Origin: an uncultured Gemmatimonadaceae bacterium
Lineage (GTDB): Bacteria; Gemmatimonadota; Gemmatimonadetes; Gemmatimonadales; Gemmatimonadaceae
Assembly (NCBI GenBank): GCA_963781585.1
Contig: CAWAGQ010000013.1
Location: forward strand, 502,597-566,596
Direction: 5' to 3'
Length of the DNA: 64,000 nt
Part shown: piece by piece, positions 10,595 through 19,585 of the stretch
Layout: each line of letters opens with the position of its first letter
How positions within the stretch are numbered: position 1 is the first letter of the stretch
Position numbers and translations under genes: made by a program
The notes under the pieces: model-generated
Databases searched by the model: none
Told to the model about the DNA's origin: nothing
Seen by the model: the letters and a program-made list of their open reading frames with translations, nothing else

Positions 10595-10631
10595 GCCAAG
10601 CGAGAAGGCCATAGGTCAAAGGCCATAGGGA
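10570..10631 (+). repeat. Degenerate heptamer tandem repeat (AAAGGCC/ATAGGTC family)
   Basis: gaaggcc aaaggtc caaggtc ataggcc aagcga gaaggcc ataggtc aaaggcc ataggga; contains the upstream gene's stop codon. Confidence 0.85.
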
Positions 10632-10691
10632 CGGAAGCCGGTCAGCGACCAGACGCTGTGGGGCCTTTTCGGGTTGACGCGCAGGCATCGC

Positions 10692-10716
10692 ACTTTGTGA
10701 CGAAAAGTACTTGACA
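10692..10716 (+). promoter_or_regulatory. Palindromic operator ACTTT-N7-AAAGT and -35 TTGACA upstream of the membrane protein/HTH/uppS operon
   Basis: ACTTTgtgacgaAAAGT at 10692-10708, TTGACA at 10711-10716. Confidence 0.55.
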
Positions 10717-10739
10717 TTGCACCGCGCCACCGGCAGGTT

Positions 10740-11360
10740 GTGCGGGTGACCGTGGTCCCGTCGCCCGACGACACGCCGCCCGCGTCGCCCGCCCTCCATG
10801 AGCGGGCGATTGCCAACCTGCGCTTCATCCGCGAGACGATGGAGCGCGCCGGTTCGTTCACCGCGGTGTCGGGAGCCGGGGTGATCGCGGGCGGTGGGAT
10901 CGCCGTCCTTGCTGGGGTGGTCGCCGCGCGGGAGGCGACGGCGGCGCGATGGATTGCGGTCTGGGTGGGGGCCGCGGCTGTGGCCCTGGCGGTGAATGTC
11001 GGCTTCACCGTGCGGAAGGCCCGCTCGCTGGGGCCGCCGTTGATGTCGGGCCCTGCTCGCAAGGCACTGCTGGCCTTCACACCCGCCGTGCTGGCGGGTG
11101 TCCTCCTCACCGTGGCGGTTGTACGCGCCGGGGCCGAGGAGCTGCTGGCCGGGATGTGGCTGGTGCTATATGGCGCGGGAGTTACAGCCGGGGGCGCACT
11201 GTCGGTCCCGATCGTGCCGGTGCTGGGGATTCTGTTCATGGCACTGGGCGTGGTGGCGCTGGCGTCGCCGCCCGGGTTGGCCAACTGGTTCATGCTCGCC
11301 GGTTTCGGCGGGCTGCACATCGTGTTCGGTATCGCAATCGCCCGGAGGTACGGTGGCTAA
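10740..11360 (+). CDS. Hypothetical integral membrane protein
   Basis: About 6 TM helices; overlaps the downstream regulator. Confidence 0.8.
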   Translation: MRVTVVPSPDDTPPASPALHERAIANLRFIRETMERAGSFTAVSGAGVIAGGGIAVLAGVVAAREATAARWIAVWVGAAAVALAVNVGFTVRKARSLGPPLMSGPARKALLAFTPAVLAGVLLTVAVVRAGAEELLAGMWLVLYGAGVTAGGALSVPIVPVLGILFMALGVVALASPPGLANWFMLAGFGGLHIVFGIAIARRYGG

Positions 11361-11760
11361 GCGCAGTGCACTGGCAGACGATCGCCGGCGGAATCGCGGA
11401 TCGGAGCACGAGCATGGCGACGAGGCGGGCCTGCGCGGCGCGCGCGGGAAGACCGCTGACGCGACGCCGGCCGCCCTCGATCGTCTCATTCACGAACGGA
11501 TGCGGCTGGGCATCGTCAGTGCGCTGGCGGTGAACGACTCGCTCGCCTTCAACGAACTGAAGGAGCTGATGAAGACGACCGACGGCAACCTCAGCGTCCA
11601 TGCGCGAAAGCTCGAGGATGCGGGGTACGTCACCTGCACCAAGACCTTCGAGGGGCGGGTGCCCAAAACCGTCTACGCGTTGACGGCAGCGGGACGCCGG
11701 GCGCTGGAGCGCTATCTCGACCACATGGAAGCGATCATTCGGGTGACAAGGGAGCGGTGA
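11353..11760 (+). CDS. Winged-helix transcriptional regulator (HTH_34/MarR-like)
   Basis: [45 protein letters not shown]. Confidence 0.9.
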   Translation: MAKRSALADDRRRNRGSEHEHGDEAGLRGARGKTADATPAALDRLIHERMRLGIVSALAVNDSLAFNELKELMKTTDGNLSVHARKLEDAGYVTCTKTFEGRVPKTVYALTAAGRRALERYLDHMEAIIRVTRER

Positions 11761-12512
11761 GGGTGGACTTCAGCTCGAATGGTGTCGCGGTTCGATCCGG
11801 TCGCCTGACGACGAATCTGCCGCGGCACGTCGCCATCATCATGGATGGCAACGGCCGATGGGCCACAACCCGCGGCAAGTCACGCACGGCCGGGCACCTC
11901 GCGGGCGCGAAGGCGGTCCGTCGTGTGGTCGAGCACGCCCGGCGCCTGGAGCTCGAGTTCCTGACGCTCTACGCGTTCTCGTCGGACAACTGGGCGCGGC
12001 CCCCGGAGGAAGTCGGGGCGCTGATGGCACTGTTCCGCCGTTACCTGGCGGCCGAGGTGCCGCGCTGCGTCGAGCACGGCATCCGCCTGACGATCATCGG
12101 ACGCCGGGATCGGCTGACGCCCCAGCTGCGGCGCGCCATCGCGGCGGCCGAGCGCGCCACGCGCGCGGGCAGCGCCCTGCGCCTCCGCATTGCCATCGAC
12201 TACTCCTCCCGCGATCTGATTGTGCGGGCAGCCGCCCGGGTGCCCCAGGGGGAACCGGTGTCGCGCGAAGACTTCGCGCGCGCCCTGCGCGACGCGGAAC
12301 ACGACGCCAACCGGGTTCCCGATGTCGATCTTCTGGTGCGCACCGGCGGTGAGCAGCGTCTGAGCGACTTCCTGCTCTGGGAGTGCGCGTACGCCGAGCT
12401 GGTATTCTCGCGCCGCATGTGGCCGGAGTTCGGCGAGACCGATCTCGACTCCGCCCTGCAGGAGTTCATGTCGCGCGAGCGCCGGTTCGGAGCGGTGCGG
12501 CGGGCGGTGTAG
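11757..12512 (+). CDS. uppS: Undecaprenyl-diphosphate synthase (cis-prenyltransferase)
   Basis: [45 protein letters not shown]. Confidence 0.93.
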   Translation: MRVDFSSNGVAVRSGRLTTNLPRHVAIIMDGNGRWATTRGKSRTAGHLAGAKAVRRVVEHARRLELEFLTLYAFSSDNWARPPEEVGALMALFRRYLAAEVPRCVEHGIRLTIIGRRDRLTPQLRRAIAAAERATRAGSALRLRIAIDYSSRDLIVRAAARVPQGEPVSREDFARALRDAEHDANRVPDVDLLVRTGGEQRLSDFLLWECAYAELVFSRRMWPEFGETDLDSALQEFMSRERRFGAVRRAV

Positions 12513-12518
12513 CCGGCA

Positions 12519-12618
12519 GCTGAACGATCTGCCTGATCGCTGATGGCGATGGGCCCTCCCGCCCGGGAGGAGCGGCCCGGTGGACCGCGGTCACGCGCTG
12601 ATCGCTGACCGCTGAACG
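12519..12618 (+). repeat. Degenerate GCTGA(T/C/A)C heptamer repeats around a GC hairpin between convergent genes
   Basis: gctgaac..ctgatcg ctgatgg..ctccc-gccc-gggag..gctgatc gctgacc gctgaac. Confidence 0.6.
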
Positions 12619-12622
12619 CGTC

Positions 12623-13138
12623 CTACGGTATGGTCTGCCTCAGCACGTCCTCGCGCCGCGCCGCGCGGAACACGCGCAGGCGATCCATCACGCCGGACCG
12701 CGACGTGGCGATGATCTGTGTGGCGAGGATCGCGGCGTTGATCGCACCGGCCTTCCCGATGGCAAGCGTTCCCACCGGCACACCGGCCGGCATCTGCACG
12801 GTAGAAAGCAGCGAATCCATTCCATTGAGGTGCTGCGATGGCATCGGCACTCCCAGGACGGGAAGCAACGTCTTGGAGGCCATGACGCCGGCGAGATGCG
12901 CGGCGCCGCCGGCCGCGGCGATGATGACAATCAACCCACGCGACGCGGCGTCGGCCGAGTAGGCGGCTGCCTCGTCGGGCGTCCGGTGCGCCGAGAGCAC
13001 GCGGGCCTCGAACGGAATGCCCAGCTCGTCGAGCGTCTTGCCGCAGTGCTGCATGATCTCATAGTCGCTCTTGCTCCCCATCAGCACGCCGACGAGTGGT
13101 TGGGAGTCGGTGGGGGTGGCGGGTGCGCGTTCGGTCAT
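12623..13138 (-). CDS. purE: N5-carboxyaminoimidazole ribonucleotide mutase
   Basis: VGVLMGSKSD, LSAHRTP, AAAGGAAHLAG, GMDSLLSTVQMPAGVPV. Confidence 0.95.
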   Translation of the reverse strand: MTERAPATPTDSQPLVGVLMGSKSDYEIMQHCGKTLDELGIPFEARVLSAHRTPDEAAAYSADAASRGLIVIIAAAGGAAHLAGVMASKTLLPVLGVPMPSQHLNGMDSLLSTVQMPAGVPVGTLAIGKAGAINAAILATQIIATSRSGVMDRLRVFRAARREDVLRQTIP

Positions 13139-13198
13139 CGGATCGTATCGGGTGCGGTGAGGGTGGCAAGGATGAATCGAAGGGAAACGTAGGCGTGA

Positions 13199-13275
13199 GG
13201 AGGCCAAAGACCAAAGGCCACAGGCCAAAGGCCAGAGGTCAAAGGCCAGAGGCGAAAGGAGAGAGTTCAGGAGCG
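13199..13275 (+). repeat. Degenerate heptamer tandem repeat (AAAGGCC family), 11 units
   Basis: ggaggcc aaagacc aaaggcc acaggcc aaaggcc agaggtc aaaggcc agaggcg aaaggag agagttc aggagcg. Confidence 0.9.
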
Positions 13276-13355
13276 GTACGTTCTGGTGCGGGATTCGGCC
13301 ACGGGCCAGCGTCAGTCGTTCTCCTTCGATTGCAACGCGCGGTATCTTCTGCGCC

Positions 13356-14321
13356 ATGGGGCCAGGGCTCGCACTTCTCGTGATCGCCGGCGGTCTGGCG
13401 TTGCTCGCCGGTGGGGGCGAGGTCCTGATCCGTGGCGCGGTGTCGCTGGCGCGGCTGGCCGGGCTCACGACGGCGGTGATCGGCCTCACCGTGGTGGCAT
13501 TCGGAACGTCGCTCCCCGAGCTGACCGTCTCCCTGCTGGCGGCCGCCCGGCACCAGCCCGACATCGCGGTCGGCAATGTGGTCGGGTCGAACATCTTCAA
13601 CATTGTCCTCACCCTCGGCATTGCCTCCCTCGTCAGGCCGATGGAGGTGCACGGCACCGCGGTGAAGGTCGACTGGCCGGTGATGCTGGTGGTGACGGCG
13701 GCCGGGGTGATCGTCATGCGCGACCTGGTGATCGATCGGGCCGAGGGCGGGTTTCTGGTGCTCGGCCTGATCGCATTCACGTCGTTTTCCGTCTGGCTGG
13801 CGCGCCGCGAGGTGAAGGATGCCGAGGTGCGGGAGCTGGACGCCGAGGTCACGACGCTGACGCCGCCGCGCGAATGGCGAGCGCTCGGCGTCTCGATCAT
13901 GCTGCTCCTGGGCGGCATCGTAGCGCTCGTCATCGGGGCGCGACTGCTGGTCGAGGGCTCGGTGGTGGTGGCGCGGCTGGCCGGGGTCAGCGAGCGGGTG
14001 ATCGGTCTGACGGTCGTGGCAGCGGGCACCAGCCTGCCTGAGTTGGCGGCGTCGATCACCGCGGCGCGGCGCGGCCACTCCGACATCGCGATCGCCAATC
14101 TGCTTGGATCGAACGTCTTCAATATCCTGGGCATCCTGGGAATCACTGCCGCGATCCTTCCGATCCGTGTATCGCCGGAGATCATGCGCACCGACGTGTG
14201 GTGGATGCTGGGGTCGGCGCTCGCGCTGTTCCCACTGATGCGAACCGGACGTCGCATTTCGCGGCTCGAGGGCGGGTTGATGGTTGCGGCGTATGCCGTG
14301 TATCTGGCGTTGTTGATCTGA
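13356..14321 (+). CDS. Calcium/sodium antiporter (CaCA, YrbG-like)
   Basis: Two alpha repeats GTSLPEL...GNVVGSNIFN / GTSLPEL...NLLGSNVFN. Confidence 0.93.
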   Translation: MGPGLALLVIAGGLALLAGGGEVLIRGAVSLARLAGLTTAVIGLTVVAFGTSLPELTVSLLAAARHQPDIAVGNVVGSNIFNIVLTLGIASLVRPMEVHGTAVKVDWPVMLVVTAAGVIVMRDLVIDRAEGGFLVLGLIAFTSFSVWLARREVKDAEVRELDAEVTTLTPPREWRALGVSIMLLLGGIVALVIGARLLVEGSVVVARLAGVSERVIGLTVVAAGTSLPELAASITAARRGHSDIAIANLLGSNVFNILGILGITAAILPIRVSPEIMRTDVWWMLGSALALFPLMRTGRRISRLEGGLMVAAYAVYLALLI

Positions 14322-14539
14322 AGGGCAGCTCTCAGTCATCGGCTGACCGCCGCCGCCCCGCGGCAAATGCGAGAAGTCAGGGTTTTCCCGATGCCCGGGT
14401 GCGCGGTTGCCCTATGGTTGGCTGATTGCGGCGCCCCGATCCTTGGCGGCACGGAGGTAGAGAGGCCTGCCCGCACACTGACGGCGGTGCTCCCGCCGCC
14501 GGTCTGCCGCACCAACCAGAGCGACCGGAGGGCGCACGG

Positions 14540-15688
14540 ATGTACTACCCAACGTCCCATCCCTGGGTTGAGAGCGAGACGCTCGGGGAGAACCTCAAAT
14601 CACGGGGCATCTCGCGGCGCGACTTTGTCGAGTTCTGCGGCCAGATGGTCGCGGTGCTCGGACTGAGCAACAGCCTGCTGCCGAAGGTCGCGCAGACCCT
14701 CGAGTCGATCAAGCGTCCCAGCGTCATCTGGCTCCAGCTTCAGGAATGCACCGGATGCGTGGAGAGCGTCCTGCGCACCTCCGACCCGACGATCGGAGAC
14801 CTGCTGCTCGACATCGTCTCGCTCGACTACCAGCACACGCTGATGGCGGGTGCGGGCGCGGCGGTCGAGAAGGCGCTGGCCGATTCGATGGCGGCGAACA
14901 AGGGGAAGTACGTGCTGATCGTCACCGGCTCGGTGCCGCTCAACGACAACGGGATCTATCTGACCATCGGCGGCCGGACGGGCAAGGAGATTCTGGAGGA
15001 GGCGGCGAAGGACGCGGCGGCGGTGATCGCGGTCGGGGCGTGCGCGCACTGGGGGAGCGTCCAGGCGGCGCGCCCGAATCCGACCGGGGCCGTTGGCGTC
15101 AACAAGATCGTGACCAACAAGCCGGTGCTGAACATCGCCGGATGTCCCCCGATCGCCGACGTGGTGACGGCGACGGTGGTGCACTTCCTGACCTTCGGGC
15201 GGCTTCCGGAGATGGACAGCGAGGGGCGGCCCCTGTTCGCATACGGCAAGCGGATCCACGATCAGTGCCCGCGCCGCGCGCACTTCGATGCCGGCCAGTA
15301 CGTCGAGGTGTTCGACGACGAGGCGGCCCGAAAGGGATGGTGCCTCTACAAGGTGGGGTGCAAGGGCCCGGCGACGTTCTCGCCCTGCCCGATCTTCCAG
15401 TGGAATTCACACACCAGCTGGCCGATCGGCGCGGGCCATCCGTGCCTCGGGTGCACCGAGCCGTTTTTCTGGGACACCATGGCGCCGTTCTACGGCCGGC
15501 TGCCTAACGTGGCCGGGATCGGGATCGAGAACAAGATCGACACGGTCGGGGCGACGCTGGCGCTGGGCGCGGTGGTCGGCGTGACGGCCCACGCGATCGC
15601 GACCGGCATCTATCAGATCCAGCATCGCAGGGCACAGGCAACCGCATCGGGCGGCGCGCCGCCGGCGGCCCCCACGAGGGAGGAATAG
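14540..15688 (+). CDS. [NiFe]-hydrogenase small subunit (group 1, Tat-exported, C-terminal TM anchor)
   Basis: SRRDFVEFC Tat signal; ECTGC, GCPP, HDQCPRR, WCLYKVGCKGP, GHPCLGC. Confidence 0.95.
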   Translation: MYYPTSHPWVESETLGENLKSRGISRRDFVEFCGQMVAVLGLSNSLLPKVAQTLESIKRPSVIWLQLQECTGCVESVLRTSDPTIGDLLLDIVSLDYQHTLMAGAGAAVEKALADSMAANKGKYVLIVTGSVPLNDNGIYLTIGGRTGKEILEEAAKDAAAVIAVGACAHWGSVQAARPNPTGAVGVNKIVTNKPVLNIAGCPPIADVVTATVVHFLTFGRLPEMDSEGRPLFAYGKRIHDQCPRRAHFDAGQYVEVFDDEAARKGWCLYKVGCKGPATFSPCPIFQWNSHTSWPIGAGHPCLGCTEPFFWDTMAPFYGRLPNVAGIGIENKIDTVGATLALGAVVGVTAHAIATGIYQIQHRRAQATASGGAPPAAPTREE

Positions 15689-15691
15689 GTC

Positions 15692-17407
15692 ATGGCCGCC
15701 ACGAGAGTCGTCGTCGATCCGATCACCCGTATCGAGGGGCATCTCCGCATCGAAGCCCAATCGGACAACGGCAAGATCACCAATGCCTGGTCCACCTCGA
15801 CGCAGTTCCGCGGAATCGAGATCATCATGCAGGGGCGTGACCCGCGCGACGCGTGGGCCTACACCCAGCGCATCTGCGGCGTCTGCACGGTGGTACACGC
15901 CATCGCGTCCTGCCGCGCGGTGGAAGACGCGCTCGGCATCACCGTACCGCCGAACGCGAACCTGATCCGGAATCTGGTGCACGGCATGCAGTACGTGCAG
16001 GACCATGTCATTCACTTCTACCATCTCCACGCGCTCGACTGGGTGGATGTGACGAGCGCGCTCAAGGCCGATCCGGCGGCGACCTCGCGGATCGCCGCCA
16101 GCATTTCTCCGTGGCCGAAGAACTCGGCCACGTATTTCCGCGAAGTCCAGGACCGGGTGAAGAAGTTCGTCTCGTCGGGCCAGCTGGGCATCTTCACCAA
16201 CGGGTACTGGGGCCATCCGGCGTACAAACTCCCCCCGGAAGTAAACCTGCTGGCGGTGGCGCACTACCTGGAGGCCCTCGACTGGCAGCGCGACGTGATC
16301 CGTCTGCACACGATCTTCGGGGGAAAGAACCCGCACCCGAATTTCCTGGTGGGCGGAATGGCCTCGGCCATCAACCTCGAGGGTACCGCCACCATCAACG
16401 CCGCGCGGCTGACGGAAATCAGTGACATGATCGCGCGCGCCCAGCGCTTCGTGGAACAGGTGTACTGGCCCGACCTGGTGGCGATCGCCGGGTTCTACAA
16501 GGAGTGGGCGGCGATCGGTGGCGGTGTGAAGAACTATCTGGCGGTGGGGGCGTTTCCCGAAGGCGGCGTGAACGAGGTCGACAAGCTGTACCTGCCGCGC
16601 GGCATCATCATGAACCGCGACCTGAGCAAGGTGCTGCCCTACGACCAGGAGAAGGTGAAGGAGTACATCTTCAGTTCCTGGTACGAGTACACCCAGGGCG
16701 ACCAGGCCGCGCTGCATCCCTACGAGGGCGAAACGAAACCCAAGTACGACGGGCCGCCGACGCCGTGGAAGTACCTGCAGGACGAGAAGAAGTACTCGTG
16801 GCTCAAGTCGCCGCGGTACGACGGCCAGGTGATGGAGGTGGGACCGCTGGCCCGTATGCTGGTGGCTTACGCGTCCGGGCACCCCGAGGCGAAAACCGTC
16901 ATCGGCGACGCCCTCGGCAAGCTGGGCGTCGGCCCGGCCGCGCTGTTCTCAACGTTAGGCAGGACGGCGGCGCGCGGTGTCGAAACGCTGCTGCTCGCCC
17001 GCCGGATGAGTACCTGGTACGATGCCCTGGTGACCCGCATCAAGAGCGGCGACACACAGACCTTCAGCAAGGACAAGTGGGATCCGTCCACCTGGCCGGC
17101 CAAGGCCCAGGGTTACGGGTACCTCGACGCCGCCCGCGGCGCGCTCGGCCACTGGGTGCAGATCGAGAACGGCAAGATCTCCCGGTATCAGTGCGTGGTG
17201 CCGAGCACCTGGAACGCCGGTCCGCGTGACGCCAATGGGCAGGTGGGCCCCTACGAGGCGGCGCTCACCGACAACCATCCGCTCCTGGATCCGAACCGGC
17301 CGCTCGAGATCCTGCGCACCATCCATTCCTTCGACCCGTGCATGGCGTGCGGCGTCCACGTCCTCGACGCCGAGGGACGCCTGATCACCGAGGTACGGGT
17401 ACAATGA
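15692..17407 (+). CDS. [NiFe]-hydrogenase large subunit (group 1)
   Basis: VDPITRIEGH, QRICGVC (L1), SFDPCMACGVH (L2) plus cleavable tail. Confidence 0.96.
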   Translation: MAATRVVVDPITRIEGHLRIEAQSDNGKITNAWSTSTQFRGIEIIMQGRDPRDAWAYTQRICGVCTVVHAIASCRAVEDALGITVPPNANLIRNLVHGMQYVQDHVIHFYHLHALDWVDVTSALKADPAATSRIAASISPWPKNSATYFREVQDRVKKFVSSGQLGIFTNGYWGHPAYKLPPEVNLLAVAHYLEALDWQRDVIRLHTIFGGKNPHPNFLVGGMASAINLEGTATINAARLTEISDMIARAQRFVEQVYWPDLVAIAGFYKEWAAIGGGVKNYLAVGAFPEGGVNEVDKLYLPRGIIMNRDLSKVLPYDQEKVKEYIFSSWYEYTQGDQAALHPYEGETKPKYDGPPTPWKYLQDEKKYSWLKSPRYDGQVMEVGPLARMLVAYASGHPEAKTVIGDALGKLGVGPAALFSTLGRTAARGVETLLLARRMSTWYDALVTRIKSGDTQTFSKDKWDPSTWPAKAQGYGYLDAARGALGHWVQIENGKISRYQCVVPSTWNAGPRDANGQVGPYEAALTDNHPLLDPNRPLEILRTIHSFDPCMACGVHVLDAEGRLITEVRVQ

Positions 17408-18183
17408 CCGCTTCCACCGAAGGGCAGGCGAAGCACCAACACATTCCGCCGGTCCGCGTTGGCGTCTTCGACTTCATGCGTCGGATCCCGCCGCCCAGCG
17501 GGGAATACGAGTGGGTCTACCTGTGGGAACGCCCCCTGCGCTTCATGCACTGGGTCGCCGCGCTCTGTATCGCAGTCCTCGCGGTGACCGGCCTGTACAT
17601 CGGCAAACCGTACTTCGTGACCTCCGGCGAGGCGAGCTCCCATTTCCTGATGGGATACGTGCGCTTCACCCACTTCGCCGCGGCTGCGGTCCTGGTGATG
17701 ACCGCGATCGTGCGCTTCTACTGGATGTTCATGGGGAACCGCTTCGAACGGTTTTCGGCGCTCTTCCCGGTGCGTCCGCGGGACCTGCGGAACCTGATGC
17801 AGATGGTGAAGTTCTACGCGATGATCCAGCCGGACCGGGCACCGCGCTACCTGGGCCACAACCCGCTCCAGCAGCTCAGCTACACGTTCGTATACGGGGC
17901 GGCGGCGGTATCGGCGATCACCGGCTTCGCGCTCTACGGACAGTCGAATCCCGGCGGGTTCATCTACTCGACCTTCAACTGGGTAAACGCCCTGTTCGGC
18001 GGCGCGCAGATTGTGCGGTTCACCCACCACACGTTCACCTGGATCTTCCTGATTTTCATTCCGATCCACATCTATCTCGCGATCCGGGCGGATCACCTGG
18101 AGCGGACGGGAACGATCTCGTCGATCATCAGCGGCGGCCGGTTCGTTCCGGTCGGCGAGGAGTATGTCGATGGCCGTCCGTGA
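17404..18183 (+). CDS. Ni/Fe-hydrogenase b-type cytochrome subunit
   Basis: WERPLRFMHW, RFTHF, GHNPLQQ, HHTFTW..IHIY. Confidence 0.93.
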   Translation: MTASTEGQAKHQHIPPVRVGVFDFMRRIPPPSGEYEWVYLWERPLRFMHWVAALCIAVLAVTGLYIGKPYFVTSGEASSHFLMGYVRFTHFAAAAVLVMTAIVRFYWMFMGNRFERFSALFPVRPRDLRNLMQMVKFYAMIQPDRAPRYLGHNPLQQLSYTFVYGAAAVSAITGFALYGQSNPGGFIYSTFNWVNALFGGAQIVRFTHHTFTWIFLIFIPIHIYLAIRADHLERTGTISSIISGGRFVPVGEEYVDGRP

Positions 18184-18682
18184 CGGGCCGCGCACGGTGG
18201 TGCTGGGTCTGGGCAACCTGCTCATGGCCGACGACAGTGTCGGCCTGGCGGCGCTGGCGCGTCTGCAGGACGACTGGTTCATTCCCCCGACCGTGGAGCT
18301 GGTGGACGGCGGCACTTGGGGGATGAACCTGCTGCCGGTGGTGGAGTCGGCGCAGCGCCTGCTGATTCTCGATGCGATCGACAGCGGCGCCGTACCCGGC
18401 ACGCTGGCGCGGCTCGAGGGCGACGGCGTCCCGCGGTTTCTGGCACAGAAGCTGTCGCCGCACCAGATCGACCTCCGGGAGGTGCTGGCGCTGGCGCAGC
18501 TGCGCGGCACGCTGCCTCCCGAGCTCGTCGCGTTAGGCATCCAGCCGGCGCGGGTCGAGATGTCCACCGCGCTCAGTCCGGAGGTCGAAGCGGGCCTCGA
18601 CGAGCTGGTGAGCCAGGCCGCCGCCGCCCTGGTGGCGTGGGGGGTGTCGTGCTTTCCGCTCACGGAGCCGGCCCGTGCATGA
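18170..18682 (+). CDS. Hydrogenase maturation protease (HyaD/HybD family)
   Basis: VLGLGNLLMADDSVG, VDGGTWG, ILDAID, SPHQ. Confidence 0.92.
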   Translation: MAVRDGPRTVVLGLGNLLMADDSVGLAALARLQDDWFIPPTVELVDGGTWGMNLLPVVESAQRLLILDAIDSGAVPGTLARLEGDGVPRFLAQKLSPHQIDLREVLALAQLRGTLPPELVALGIQPARVEMSTALSPEVEAGLDELVSQAAAALVAWGVSCFPLTEPARA

Positions 18683-18932
18683 GCTCAGCATCGCGGTCGA
18701 GGTGTGCCGGATGGCCGAGGAACGTCTGGGCGAGGGCGCCGCGCGACTGCGCGTCGTGGGCCTGGAGGTCGGCGACGACTGCGGACTGGAACCGGACAAC
18801 CTGAGCTTCTGCCTGGACGCGCTGCTGACCCAGCCGCCGTTCGGCGCCGCGCGATGCGCCCTGGAGCGACGCGTGGGCGACGTGCTCCGGCTCGACTACC
18901 TCGAGGTGGACGATGGCAATCCGGACGATTGA
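18675..18932 (+). CDS. hypA: Short HypA nickel metallochaperone
   Basis: N-terminal MHELSIA Ni motif and C-terminal GDVLRLDYLEV; position before hypB. Confidence 0.85.
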   Translation: MHELSIAVEVCRMAEERLGEGAARLRVVGLEVGDDCGLEPDNLSFCLDALLTQPPFGAARCALERRVGDVLRLDYLEVDDGNPDD

Positions 18933-19584
18933 GGTCCGCGAACGGGTCATGGCGAAGAACGACGAGCTGGCGTCGGAAGTCCGCCGCCGGCTCGAGGCCC
19001 ACGGGGTGACGGCCTTCAACCTCGTCTCGTCGCCCGGATCCGGAAAGACGACCCTGCTGGAGCGCACGCTCGACGCACTGGGGCACGAGCTGGGCATCGC
19101 CGTGGTCACCGGCGACGTGCAGACCCGGAACGACGCCGAGCGGCTGGCCCGGCGCACCACGCGGCTGGTGCAGGCGGTGGTCACCGGCGGCGCCTGCCAC
19201 CTGGACGCGCGCCAGGTTCTGGAGTCGCTCGACGCGATCGATCTGGCGGCCACGCGGCTGCTGTTCGTGGAAAACGTCGGCAACCTGGTCTGCCCGGCCA
19301 GCTGGGACCTCGGCGAGCTGGCGAAGATCGTGGTGTTCTCGGTTACCGAAGGTGAAGACAAGCCGCTCAAATACCCGAAGATGTTTCGCGAGGCGCGGTA
19401 CGCGGTGCTCAACAAGATCGACCTCCTGCCATACGTGCCGTTCGACGTCGAGCGGGCGCTCGATTGTGCGCATCAGGTGAATCCGGATCTGCAGTTCTTC
19501 CAGGTCTCGGCGCTCACCGGAAAGGGGCTCGATGTCTGGATGGACTTTCTCCGCAGCCACGCCGCACCCGCCGTCGCGGTGTGA
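18913..19584 (+). CDS. hypB: Hydrogenase nickel incorporation GTPase
   Basis: SSPGSGKTT, GACHLDA, ENVGNLVCPA, EGEDKPLKYP, NKIDL. Confidence 0.95.
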   Translation: MAIRTIEVRERVMAKNDELASEVRRRLEAHGVTAFNLVSSPGSGKTTLLERTLDALGHELGIAVVTGDVQTRNDAERLARRTTRLVQAVVTGGACHLDARQVLESLDAIDLAATRLLFVENVGNLVCPASWDLGELAKIVVFSVTEGEDKPLKYPKMFREARYAVLNKIDLLPYVPFDVERALDCAHQVNPDLQFFQVSALTGKGLDVWMDFLRSHAAPAVAV

Positions 19585-19585
19585 C

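Noticed and set aside
12623..14257. 544-aa ORF suggesting a PurE fusion
   Set aside because: The upstream part is antisense to the antiporter and runs through a heptamer repeat; real purE starts at 13138
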